Positions 1-9,137 of a stretch of 32,784 nt of DNA are shown one piece after another; position 1 is the stretch's first letter; each line of letters begins with the position of its first letter. Origin of the DNA: Proteobacteria bacterium UBA6921 (lineage in GTDB: Bacteria > Pseudomonadota > Gammaproteobacteria > SG8-11); contig DKAR01000168.1 in the NCBI GenBank assembly GCA_002450895.1, forward strand, positions 8,734 to 41,517, in the 5' to 3' direction. Below the pieces are notes generated by a model. The model was not told where the DNA came from, did not search any database, and saw only the letters and a program-made list of their open reading frames with translations. The translations under genes were made by a program, and so were the position numbers.

Positions 1-243
1 CGCCGCCGTGAGCATGACAAGGGGATTCGCCGCGGCCGCATCGGCATTAACGCTGCGCGTGGACGCCTCGGCCACCGGTTGGGCGATGCCGAACAATTGT
101 TCCGCACGATCCGTCAGCTGCTGTTCAACCCACGCGCCGAAATCCCTGTGGTCGGCATCATGCGCTGCTGCAACGACGGGAACACCCGCCAACGCGACAG
201 CGATCGCCAGGGTATTACGAATTGAGAACTCGGATTGCTTCAC
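1..243 (-). CDS. 5' part of a secreted protein, probable PhoX/DUF839-family alkaline phosphatase (runs off the window; absent from the ORF track)
   Basis: GGAGG SD (251-255, minus) then GTG at 243. Open frame MKQSEFSIRNTLAIAVALAGVPVVAAAHDADHRDFGAWVEQQLTDRAEQLFGIAQPVAEAS... has a Sec signal and a DFG..VE.QL....EQLFGI..P segment that I recall from DUF839/PhoX-like proteins. Pho-box-like repeats lie upstream. Confidence 0.55.
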   Translation of the reverse strand, partial: MKQSEFSIRNTLAIAVALAGVPVVAAAHDADHRDFGAWVEQQLTDRAEQLFGIAQPVAEASTRSVNADAAAANPLVMLTAA

Positions 244-313
244 GGTCCTACCTCCAATTGGTTTTTTGCCGAAATTTACGACGCGAATGCTGGCGAACCG
301 GCATTTCATCCGC

Positions 314-342
314 ATGGCAAGGTTGTGAATCTTTCATGACGT
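314..342 (-). promoter_or_regulatory. Pho-box-like triple direct repeat (candidate PhoB site)
   Basis: Minus strand reads ACGTCAT-GAAA-GATTCAC-AACC-TTGCCAT: three heptamers at 11-bp period resembling CTGTCAT-N4, about 70 bp upstream of the PhoX-like GTG. Confidence 0.55.
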
Positions 343-368
343 GGGTGGCGCGAATGCTGGCACGACAG

Positions 369-377
369 TGCTACAAT
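369..377 (+). promoter_or_regulatory. Extended -10 element for mfd
   Basis: TG-C-TACAAT about 30 bp upstream of ATG 406. Confidence 0.4.
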
Positions 378-405
378 GCGACCCGTTACAGGACGTTGTA
401 CGTCA

Positions 406-3400
406 ATGACTGAAGCTTCTTCGCACTCACCCCTCAATCCGCACTACAGCGCGCGCCCCGGCGACCAGACCCGCTGGGGAAGTCTGTATGGCAGCGCGTT
501 TGGACTTGTGCTGAGTCAGGCGGCGCGTACGCACGCAGGTCCGGTGGTGGTGGTCACGCCGGATACCGCCACGACGAACCGCCTTGAATACGAACTGCGG
601 TTTTACATTGGCAAGGATGACGCGCTGCCGGTGCGCACGTTCCCGGATTGGGAAACCCTGCCCTACGACGTCTTCTCTCCGCACCAGGACATCATTTCCG
701 AGCGTCTGGCGACGCTGTACCAATTGCCGCAAATGCAACGCGGCGTGTTGCTGGTCCCGATTACCACACTGATGGCGCGCCTCGCGCCACGCGCGTTTCT
801 CGACGCCCACAGCCTGATGCTGGATGTCGGACAAAAACTCGACCTCGCGCAGATGCGCGAACGATTGCAGGCGGCGGGATACCAATGCGTCTCGACGGTG
901 TACGAGCACGGCGAATTCGCCGTGCGCGGCAGTTTGCTTGATCTGTATCCGATGGGTTCACGCACGCCGTACCGCATCGATCTCTTTGACGACGAAATCG
1001 AGCAGATTCGTTCTTTCGATCCGGAAACACAGCGTTCACTCGACAAGGTCGAGCAGTTGCGCCTGCTGCCCGCGCGCGAGTTTCCTCTGGATGAGCAGGC
1101 AATCGCACGATTTCGACATAATTTCCGCGTGGCGTTCGATGTCTCGCTGCACGAATGCACGATCTACCGCGATGTGAGCAAGGCGCTGGCGCCGGCGGGC
1201 ATTGAATACTACATGCCGCTGTTCTTTGAGCAGACCAGCACGTTGTTCGATTACCTGCCCGACAATGCACTGATCGTTACCGCCGACGATGTCGATCACG
1301 CCACGGAAGCGTTCTGGACCACGGTCTCGACTCGCTACGAATCGCATCGCCATAACGTGGACCGTCCGCTGCTTCCCCCGGCAAAAATGTTCGTGCCGGT
1401 CGACGAAGTCTTCGGTGGCTTCCGAAAGTTTCCGCGTGTTCGGATGCAGCACTTTTCGCTCGATGAGCACGCCGCGCATGGGGTGAACTATGCAACCAGT
1501 GCGCCGACGCACTTGACACTCGATCCGCGCGCCGCGCAGCCGACGGCAGTATTGAATCACTTTATCGATTCGTTCCGCGGCCGCGTATTGTTCGCCGCGG
1601 AGACGACGGGCCGGCGCGAATCACTGCTCGAACTTTGCCGCGGTTGCGATTTGCATCCGGCTTCGTTTGACGACTGGAGCGGGTTCATTGCGTCCGAGGC
1701 ACCGCTCGGCATCACCGTCGCGCCGCTCGATCAAGGCCTGATGCTCGAAGACCCGCCGATCGCGGTCATTGCCGAAACACAGTTGTTCGGCGAACACGCG
1801 ATGCAACGGCGACGCCGAAAGAAGAAGGGCCGCGACCCGGAAGCGGTGGTCAGCAGCCTGGCCGAACTCACCATCGGCGCACCGGTCGTGCACGAGGACA
1901 ATGGCGTGGGCCGTTATCTGGGTCTGCAAAAGCTGCGCATCGGCGACGTGGAAACCGAATTTCTGACGCTCGAATACGCCGACAAGGACAAGTTGTACGT
2001 TCCGGTTTCGTCTTTGCACCTGATTTCACGCTACACCGGCATGTCTCCCGACAGCGCGCCGCTGCACAAACTGGGCAGCGGACAGTGGGAAAAAGCCAAA
2101 CGCAAGGCGGCAGAGCGCGTGCACGACGTTGCCGCGGAACTTCTCGACATCTACGCCCGGCGCGCGGCCCGCGTCGGCTACTCCTACCGCGTAGACGAAC
2201 ACTATCGCGCATTCGCGGCGACCTTCCCGTTCGAGGAAACACCGGACCAGGAAGATGCCATCAATTCCGTGCTTGACGACATGAAGTCCGACAAGCCCAT
2301 GGACCGGCTGGTGTGCGGCGACGTCGGCTTTGGAAAAACCGAGGTGGCCTTGCGAGCCGCGTTTGTCGCAGTCCATGCCGGTAAGCAGGTGGCGATACTC
2401 GTGCCCACGACATTGCTCGCACAACAACACTACCAGAACTTCAAGGATCGATTCGCGGACTGGCCATTCCGCGTGGAAAGCATGTCGCGCTTCAGTTCGA
2501 AGAAAGAACAGGATGCTGTACTCAAGGGCCTGGACGCCGGAGCCGTCGACGTCGTCATTGGTACACACAAGCTGATCCAGGAGGGCATCAAGTTCAAGAA
2601 CCTAGGCCTTGTCATCATCGACGAGGAACATCGCTTCGGCGTGCGCCAGAAAGACCGCTTCAAGGCGCTGCGCTCGGAAGTCGACGTGCTGACCCTCACC
2701 GCGACGCCGATCCCGCGTACGCTGAACATGTCGATGTCGAAGTTGCGCGACCTTTCGATTATCGCCACACCGCCTGCACGCCGGCTCGCCATCAAGACGT
2801 TTGTCACGCAATGGAATGACGACCTGATCAAGGAAGCCTGCCAGCGCGAGCTGAAACGCGGCGGGCAGGTGTACTTTGTTCACAATGACATTTCAACGAT
2901 CGAGAAAACTGCCAAGAGCATTGAAGCGTTGGTTCCGGAAGCAACGGTCCGCTATGCGCACGGGCAAATGGCAGAGCGCGAACTCGAACGTACGATGCTC
3001 GATTTTTACCATCAACGGTTTAACGTGCTGGTGTGCACAACTATCATCGAAACCGGCATTGACGTTCCCCAGGCCAACACACTGATCGTGGATCGTGCGG
3101 ATCATTTTGGATTGGCGCAGCTGTATCAGCTGCGCGGTCGTGTCGGGCGCTCGCATCATCAGGCCTACGCGTACCTGATCATTCCGCCACGTTCCGCCAT
3201 GACGGCCGATGCGATCAAGCGCTTGGAAGCCATCGAATCCATTCACGACCTAGGCACCGGTTTCACGCTGGCGACGCACGACCTCGAGATCCGCGGCGCG
3301 GGCGAACTGCTCGGCGAAGAACAAAGCGGCCAAATGCAGGAAATCGGTTACTCGTTATACCTCGAACTGCTCGAGCGTGCGGTGCAGGCGCTCAAGGCCG

Positions 3401-3870
3401 GGCGTCAACCCGAACTCGACCGGCCCCTTGATCACGGCACTGAAGTGGACCTCGGTGTTCCTGCACTGATTCCGGATGACTACCTGCCCGACGTTCACGC
3501 GCGCCTGATGCTTTACAAGCGCATCGCGAGCGCGCGTGACGCTGATGAATTGCGCGAGCTGCAGGTGGAAATGATCGATCGCTTCGGGTTGCTGCCGGAT
3601 CAAATCAAGAATTTGTTCCGGATTACCGAGATCAAACTCCGGGCAACCCCGCTGGGGATGCGCAAGATCGAGATGGGCTCGGGCGGCGGGCGTTTCATTT
3701 TCAACGCACAACCGAACATTGATCCGATGAAGATCATTGCGCTCGTGCAAAAACAACCCAAGGTCTACAAGCTGGACGGCAGCGACAAACTTCGCATGAC
3801 GCAGCCGCTCGCCAACGGCGAAGAACGCTTCGCCGCTGTCGAACAACTTGTATCTGCCCTCGGCCGCTAA
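406..3870 (+). CDS. mfd: Transcription-repair coupling factor Mfd
   Basis: UvrB-like N-terminus (FPDWETLPYD..SPHQDIISERL), RID (GAPVVHEDNGVGRYLG), Walker A GDVGFGKT, DEEH box, QLRGRVGRS and C-terminal TRCF domain. ATG 406 preferred over 376 because of AGGA at 390-393 and the -10 position. Confidence 0.98.
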   Translation: MTEASSHSPLNPHYSARPGDQTRWGSLYGSAFGLVLSQAARTHAGPVVVVTPDTATTNRLEYELRFYIGKDDALPVRTFPDWETLPYDVFSPHQDIISERLATLYQLPQMQRGVLLVPITTLMARLAPRAFLDAHSLMLDVGQKLDLAQMRERLQAAGYQCVSTVYEHGEFAVRGSLLDLYPMGSRTPYRIDLFDDEIEQIRSFDPETQRSLDKVEQLRLLPAREFPLDEQAIARFRHNFRVAFDVSLHECTIYRDVSKALAPAGIEYYMPLFFEQTSTLFDYLPDNALIVTADDVDHATEAFWTTVSTRYESHRHNVDRPLLPPAKMFVPVDEVFGGFRKFPRVRMQHFSLDEHAAHGVNYATSAPTHLTLDPRAAQPTAVLNHFIDSFRGRVLFAAETTGRRESLLELCRGCDLHPASFDDWSGFIASEAPLGITVAPLDQGLMLEDPPIAVIAETQLFGEHAMQRRRRKKKGRDPEAVVSSLAELTIGAPVVHEDNGVGRYLGLQKLRIGDVETEFLTLEYADKDKLYVPVSSLHLISRYTGMSPDSAPLHKLGSGQWEKAKRKAAERVHDVAAELLDIYARRAARVGYSYRVDEHYRAFAATFPFEETPDQEDAINSVLDDMKSDKPMDRLVCGDVGFGKTEVALRAAFVAVHAGKQVAILVPTTLLAQQHYQNFKDRFADWPFRVESMSRFSSKKEQDAVLKGLDAGAVDVVIGTHKLIQEGIKFKNLGLVIIDEEHRFGVRQKDRFKALRSEVDVLTLTATPIPRTLNMSMSKLRDLSIIATPPARRLAIKTFVTQWNDDLIKEACQRELKRGGQVYFVHNDISTIEKTAKSIEALVPEATVRYAHGQMAERELERTMLDFYHQRFNVLVCTTIIETGIDVPQANTLIVDRADHFGLAQLYQLRGRVGRSHHQAYAYLIIPPRSAMTADAIKRLEAIESIHDLGTGFTLATHDLEIRGAGELLGEEQSGQMQEIGYSLYLELLERAVQALKAGRQPELDRPLDHGTEVDLGVPALIPDDYLPDVHARLMLYKRIASARDADELRELQVEMIDRFGLLPDQIKNLFRITEIKLRATPLGMRKIEMGSGGGRFIFNAQPNIDPMKIIALVQKQPKVYKLDGSDKLRMTQPLANGEERFAAVEQLVSALGR

Positions 3871-4454
3871 AAAAAGAATCGTGCGATGAATCGCACCGGC
3901 GTGGTCAATTGGCGCCGGTCATTGACGACAGCGGAGTAACTGCCATCGCTGTCGAAATCCTCAAACGCGACGAAGTAGTTCAGCGCGGCGTCAATCGAAA
4001 AACTGACTCGGTCGTACGGTTCGTACGCGACGCCAATCGTTGGCGCGAACACCATTCCTTTGGTTTCAAATTTTGCATTGCGATTGCCGTCCGCATCTTT
4101 GTCTTCATACGTCGCACTAAAGATGCCCAGGCGCATCCCGGCAAATCCATAGGATTGTTCACGCCGCGCAAAGGGCTTGTACAAACCGATTCCGAGCGAC
4201 AAATAACGGTAGTCCGTCGGCCCAAGGGCCGTGCTGGAATCGCCCGAACTGTCGTAATACTCATCGCGAGTCTTGCTGTAGGAAAATTCCGGCTCGATGA
4301 TCAGCTGGGTTTGCGTTTGCACAGGAAACAAAACGGCGTTGGTACCGCTTGAATTCACCTGAACTCCCAACCCGGCCTTTCCGGCGTGCACGGCGGGCGA
4401 TGAAAATGACAATGCCAAAGCGGCCGCGAGCAGCCGACACGAAATACGACCCAT
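3867..4454 (-). CDS. Outer-membrane beta-barrel protein
   Basis: Signal peptide (..SSPAVHA), alternating amphipathic strands, C-terminal Phe (RFIARFFF), AAGGGGG SD. Its stop overlaps the mfd stop. Confidence 0.7.
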   Translation of the reverse strand: MGRISCRLLAAALALSFSSPAVHAGKAGLGVQVNSSGTNAVLFPVQTQTQLIIEPEFSYSKTRDEYYDSSGDSSTALGPTDYRYLSLGIGLYKPFARREQSYGFAGMRLGIFSATYEDKDADGNRNAKFETKGMVFAPTIGVAYEPYDRVSFSIDAALNYFVAFEDFDSDGSYSAVVNDRRQLTTPVRFIARFFF

Positions 4455-4714
4455 GATTACCCCCCCTTAAGATTTGGATGCCGCCAAAACCCCTTATATG
4501 ACCGGTAATTTCCCCATCCGGCCAGCAACTTGCGGCGGCACGAGTCTATCAACGCACCTTAAGCCTCTCAATAAGAAAAATGCGGGCTGCAAAACCGGAA
4601 ATGCCCGTTAAGCCCTAACAAAAACGTGTCGATAACGAGCCAAAGCGTAATGACTCGATTCCCAAATTCCCGGCATACAGACCGGACAAACGACGGGATG
4701 ACCTGGAGGTTCCC

Positions 4715-5536
4715 ATGTTTAAAACGCTGTCGCGGTGCGCGGTTGGCATAGCACTCTTTCTTGGCACGGTCGCATCGAGCGGCGCGGTGACTTATTCATT
4801 CTCCATTGCGCCCCAACAAGGCTACGATGAAATCATGCGGCGCTGGACTCCCATCGTCGACTACTTGAACCAGACCACCGGTCTCTCGCTCGAACTGAAA
4901 ACCGGCAAAGACATTCCCACCTATCAGGACGATGTCAAAAAGGGCGCGTACGACTTTGCATTTGTGAATGCGTACCACTACACCCTGTTTCATGACAGCC
5001 AGGGATACAACGCATTTGCGCGCCAGCAGGGCGCGAATTCCGTCGGTATCATCGTCGTCAAGAAGGACAGCCCGATCAAGTCTGTCGAAGAACTCAAGGG
5101 AATGACTGTTGCGTTTCCGGCGCCGACGGCGATCGTTGCAACCGTACTTCAATTTTCCCATCTGAAGGACTTGAAGGTCGACGTGCGTCCGACTTACCTG
5201 ACCACGATGGATAATGTCTATTCCGCCGTCGCGCGCGGCCTTTATCCCGCGGGTGGTGGAGAAATGCGGACGTTCGAATCGCAGGATTCCACGATTCGCA
5301 ACGACCTGCGTATTCTCTGGACCGCCAACCCGATGCCGGCCCATCCGTTCTTCGCCCATCCGCGTGTACCGAAGGAGGTTGTCGCAAAGGTTCAAAAGGC
5401 GATGATCGAACTCGGGTCGACAGAAAATGGAAAACACCTGCTGCGGGCTGTCCGCTTCCAGGGAATCGAATCAACATCGGATTCCGATTACAACGAAGTC
5501 CGCGCACTTAAGCTTTCCATTCCAGATTCACAGTAA
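4715..5536 (+). CDS. PhnD/phosphate-phosphite-phosphonate-family periplasmic binding protein (no transporter genes adjacent)
   Basis: GGAGG SD, signal peptide, W.PIVDYL..TGL, YDFAFVNAYHY, GIIVVKKDSPIKSVEELKG..VAFP, HPRVP. Confidence 0.85.
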   Translation: MFKTLSRCAVGIALFLGTVASSGAVTYSFSIAPQQGYDEIMRRWTPIVDYLNQTTGLSLELKTGKDIPTYQDDVKKGAYDFAFVNAYHYTLFHDSQGYNAFARQQGANSVGIIVVKKDSPIKSVEELKGMTVAFPAPTAIVATVLQFSHLKDLKVDVRPTYLTTMDNVYSAVARGLYPAGGGEMRTFESQDSTIRNDLRILWTANPMPAHPFFAHPRVPKEVVAKVQKAMIELGSTENGKHLLRAVRFQGIESTSDSDYNEVRALKLSIPDSQ

Positions 5537-5558
5537 TTTTCTGCGTTTTGATCTGCAC

Positions 5559-5590
5559 CATCGCGGCGCACGTGCGCCGCGATGCGTTTT
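5559..5590 (+). terminator. Probable intrinsic terminator
   Basis: Perfect 26-bp palindrome CATCGCGGCGCACGTGCGCCGCGATG (5559-5584) followed by CGTTTT, 22 bp after the binding-protein stop. Confidence 0.7.
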
Positions 5591-5685
5591 GGAACCTTAA
5601 GATTTGTTCCGCAAACTCACTCATGTCTTTTCACGCACCGACCGTTATACTGTGATGTTCGGAAAAACGTTTTCTTTCACGACAC

Positions 5686-8600
5686 ATGCTCGGGTATACG
5701 GTCAAGGACATCCAGCGCGCGGTGTATCCGCCCTCATTTGAGCGCGGCGTCGCCTACCAGCGCTCCAATCGCGTGAACGGACTGCGTATCGCGCAGGACG
5801 GCCGGTTGATTACCGGCATGGTCCAGGGTGACGAACGGGAGCCCTATCGTGTCCAGGTCCACATTCGTTACGACGATAAGCGCTCCACGGCCATTCACGG
5901 CGCCTGTTCGTGCTCGGACCAAACCAACTGCAAACATGTCGCGGCGCTTTTGCTTCAGGCACTGGAGCATGACGAACAAGCGCCGGAGTCCAGCGAAATC
6001 ACTGAATCCGCGCCGGATGAAATCGATTTCACGCCCGCCTGGTTCGAACGCATCAAGGCCCATCTTGCGCCGAAGGACGCCGCGCGAAAGCCGGGTGCCG
6101 CGACCGAACATCTGGTGTATGTCCTGACACTGGTCGCAACGAATGAAGGACCGCAGGTCGCTGCGCAGATTCATGTTGTGCGCAAATTGAAAAGCGGCGG
6201 CTATGGCAAGGCACTCCCCTATTCCGGCACTCGAACCGCACGTTACGTCAATGACACCGACCGCCGCGTATTACAGTGGATGGATGCATTCGCGAAATCA
6301 AACAACGCGGGATCACTGCTGACCGGAAAACACGGGGCATTTCTGTTGCGTGAGTTGATCGACACCGGGCGATGCCACTGGTCCAGCAAGGACACGCCGC
6401 CGTTGCGCGAGGGCGATCTCCGCGCGGGAAAATTCGAATGGAAACTTCTCGACGACGGGACACAACAGCTGCGCTGCACCGGCGATCACGTTGACGCGGT
6501 CTTGCCGCTGGAACCGCCATGGTACGTCGACGAAACCAACGCACAATGTGGCCCCCTGACTACCGGGTTTCCGGATCAACTTGCCGGCGCACTCGCGAGC
6601 GCGCCCAAACTGTCCATAGAACAGGCAACGCAAGGCGTGACGCTGCTCGAGTCCATCGATACTGAGAAGCGCATCCCCAGGCCAAGGCAATTCAGCCAGG
6701 TGACACAGCAGTCCGCACCACCGGTACCGTGCCTGCGACTTTTCATGCAGGCCATCCCCGTGCGGCGTGAACATCGTTGGGAATTCGATGCGTCCGAAGT
6801 CTTCGTTGAACTGGCACACCTGTCCTTTGATTACGCCGGTGTCACCACAGATCTGAACGATTCACGTCGCTTGCTGACCCGCATCGACGGCGATCATATC
6901 GTTCGATATGAACGCAATTTCGCGCACGAGCAGGAAGCGCTCCGGCAAATTGAACAATGGCATTGGACGCCACTGGAACTGCAGCTGGCCTTTAACGTGC
7001 CGCCCGCACACCTGATGGATTTTACGATCCAGGGCACCGACCGGCAGGAGCGGCTCGAACAATTCAGCATCGAAGGCATCAACACCCTGCGCGCCAAGGG
7101 CTGGCGCGTCGAAATTGCGCCCGACTATCCGTTCCGGATTGTTGAAGACATTGGCGGGTGGTATGCGCACCTGGATGACGATGCCGACAAGAACGAATTC
7201 GACGTCGACCTCGGTGTGACGATCGACGGCCATCGCGTGAGCCTGCTGGGCAATTTTCTTGCGATAATGCGGCGCCGCCAGCGGCATGGCATGAATGGAG
7301 AACGTGGATTTAGCGGCAATGGTTCGATCGTAATGCATCTCGACGACGGCCGACTGCTTTCCCTGCCGCGCGAGCGAGTGGATGCAGTGATCAAGGCCCT
7401 TATGGAGCTGCATGAAATGCAGCCGAAGCGGGATGATGAACATATTCGCCTGGCTAAATCGAGTGCAGCGCAGTTGGGCGAGATAGAAGCCGCGCTGGGT
7501 TCTGACGCGCGCTGGGACGGCGGCGAGAAATTGCGCGAAATCGGCGAGCGTCTGCGCGATTTCCGCGGCATTGAGCTTGCCGAGCCGCCGCCGGGTTTTC
7601 TCGCCACGTTGCGACCGTACCAGCAACAAGGCGTGAACTGGTTGCAGTTTCTGACGCGCTACGGACTCAACGGCATCCTCGCCGACGACATGGGTCTTGG
7701 AAAAACAGTCGAATCTCTGGCCCATCTTGCCATCGAGAAAGTCAGCGGCCGCATGAATTTGCCCTGCCTGATCATTGCGCCGACCAGCCTGATGGCCAAC
7801 TGGGAGCGCGAAACACGGCGCTTCGCACCGATGCTGCGAACCCTTGTGCTGCACGGCGACCAACGCAAGAAACATTTCGACCGAATCGCAGAAAGCGATG
7901 TCGTGTTCACCACGTATCCGCTACTGCTGCGCGATGAAGAAGCGCTGTTGGCGCACGAGTATCACCTGCTGCTCCTCGACGAAGCACAAAACATCAAAAA
8001 TGTGCGCACCAAGGCCAGCACCGTCGTGAGGCGCGTACGCGCCAATCATCGCCTGTGCCTGACCGGTACGCCGATGGAGAACCATCTGGGCGAGCTCTGG
8101 TCACTGTTTGATTTTCTGATGCCGGGCTTTCTCGGCGACGAACGCCGCTTCCAGCGCCTGTATCGCCAGCCGATCGAAAAGGACGGTGACCGCGACCGGC
8201 AAATCACCTTGAACCGGCGCATCGCGCCATTCATGTTGCGCCGCACGAAACAGGAAGTGGTGAAGGAACTCCCGCCCAAAACGGAAATGGTTCGCACCAT
8301 TGCACTGACCGGCGGACAGCGCGAACTTTACGAAAGCGTGCGCGCCCTGCTGCACGAAAAAGTGCGCGAAGAAATTACGCGCAATGGGTTTGAACGCAGC
8401 AGCGTCATCATTCTCGATGCGCTGCTCAAGCTGCGTCAGGTGTGCTGCGATCCCCGGCTGCTCAAAGCGGAAAGTTTGAAAGCGGCAACACAAAAAGCAG
8501 GGTCTGCAAAGCTGGAAATGCTGATGGACATGCTGCCCTCGCTAGTCGAGGAAGGACGCCGTGTCCTGTTGTTCTCGCAGTTCACGAGCATGCTCGACCT

Positions 8601-9021
8601 CATCAAGACCGAACTGAACGACGAAGGCATCCGCTTCGCGCTGCTGACCGGCGACACGCGCAACCGCGGCGCCGCCATTGAAGCATTCCAGGAAGGCAGG
8701 GTGCCGGTGTTTCTGATCAGTCTCAAAGCGGGCGGAACCGGGCTCAATCTCACTACAGCAGATACGGTCATTCACTACGATCCATGGTGGAACCCGGCGG
8801 TCGAGAACCAGGCGACCGATCGCGCCTATCGTATCGGCCAGGAAAAACCGGTTTTCGTCTACAAACTCGTCACGGCGGGCACGGTAGAGGAAGCAATCCT
8901 TGACTTGCAAGCCCGCAAGCAAGCGCTGGCGGACGGGCTCTTTGGTGAGAACGGCGAGGCCACTGCCGCACTCACCATGGACGATCTCAACGCCTTGTTC
9001 GCTCCCGCGCCGGAAAACTGA
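5686..9021 (+). CDS. SWIM zinc finger + SNF2-family helicase
   Basis: SWIM motif CSCSDQTNCKH; LADDMGLGKT, LLLLDEAQ, LTGTPMENHL, LISLKAGGTGLNLT, DPWWNPAVENQATDRAYRIGQ. Confidence 0.95.
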   Translation: MLGYTVKDIQRAVYPPSFERGVAYQRSNRVNGLRIAQDGRLITGMVQGDEREPYRVQVHIRYDDKRSTAIHGACSCSDQTNCKHVAALLLQALEHDEQAPESSEITESAPDEIDFTPAWFERIKAHLAPKDAARKPGAATEHLVYVLTLVATNEGPQVAAQIHVVRKLKSGGYGKALPYSGTRTARYVNDTDRRVLQWMDAFAKSNNAGSLLTGKHGAFLLRELIDTGRCHWSSKDTPPLREGDLRAGKFEWKLLDDGTQQLRCTGDHVDAVLPLEPPWYVDETNAQCGPLTTGFPDQLAGALASAPKLSIEQATQGVTLLESIDTEKRIPRPRQFSQVTQQSAPPVPCLRLFMQAIPVRREHRWEFDASEVFVELAHLSFDYAGVTTDLNDSRRLLTRIDGDHIVRYERNFAHEQEALRQIEQWHWTPLELQLAFNVPPAHLMDFTIQGTDRQERLEQFSIEGINTLRAKGWRVEIAPDYPFRIVEDIGGWYAHLDDDADKNEFDVDLGVTIDGHRVSLLGNFLAIMRRRQRHGMNGERGFSGNGSIVMHLDDGRLLSLPRERVDAVIKALMELHEMQPKRDDEHIRLAKSSAAQLGEIEAALGSDARWDGGEKLREIGERLRDFRGIELAEPPPGFLATLRPYQQQGVNWLQFLTRYGLNGILADDMGLGKTVESLAHLAIEKVSGRMNLPCLIIAPTSLMANWERETRRFAPMLRTLVLHGDQRKKHFDRIAESDVVFTTYPLLLRDEEALLAHEYHLLLLDEAQNIKNVRTKASTVVRRVRANHRLCLTGTPMENHLGELWSLFDFLMPGFLGDERRFQRLYRQPIEKDGDRDRQITLNRRIAPFMLRRTKQEVVKELPPKTEMVRTIALTGGQRELYESVRALLHEKVREEITRNGFERSSVIILDALLKLRQVCCDPRLLKAESLKAATQKAGSAKLEMLMDMLPSLVEEGRRVLLFSQFTSMLDLIKTELNDEGIRFALLTGDTRNRGAAIEAFQEGRVPVFLISLKAGGTGLNLTTADTVIHYDPWWNPAVENQATDRAYRIGQEKPVFVYKLVTAGTVEEAILDLQARKQALADGLFGENGEATAALTMDDLNALFAPAPEN

Positions 9022-9137
9022 CCCGGCACCAAATCGGCACCACTTTTCTCGCCCATTGCTATTCTTATCTCGGGTTCGGCAGAATGCCGTGCTCACCTTT
9101 TCGTGACATTAAACAAAGCGGTCACAGTCCAAGAACT

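Noticed and set aside
8-328. Plus-strand 106-aa ORF in the track
   Set aside because: It is the antisense shadow of the minus-strand gene starting at 243, which has an SD and a signal peptide.
358-372. Sigma54-like TGGCACG...TGCT upstream of mfd
   Set aside because: GG-to-GC spacing is N9 rather than the required N10, and an extended sigma70 -10 explains the region.
6862-7875. 337-aa minus-strand ORF, and similar long ORFs at 13099-13947, 14673-15668 and 16553-17521
   Set aside because: They overlap clearly identified genes and carry no motifs, as expected for shadow ORFs in GC-rich DNA.
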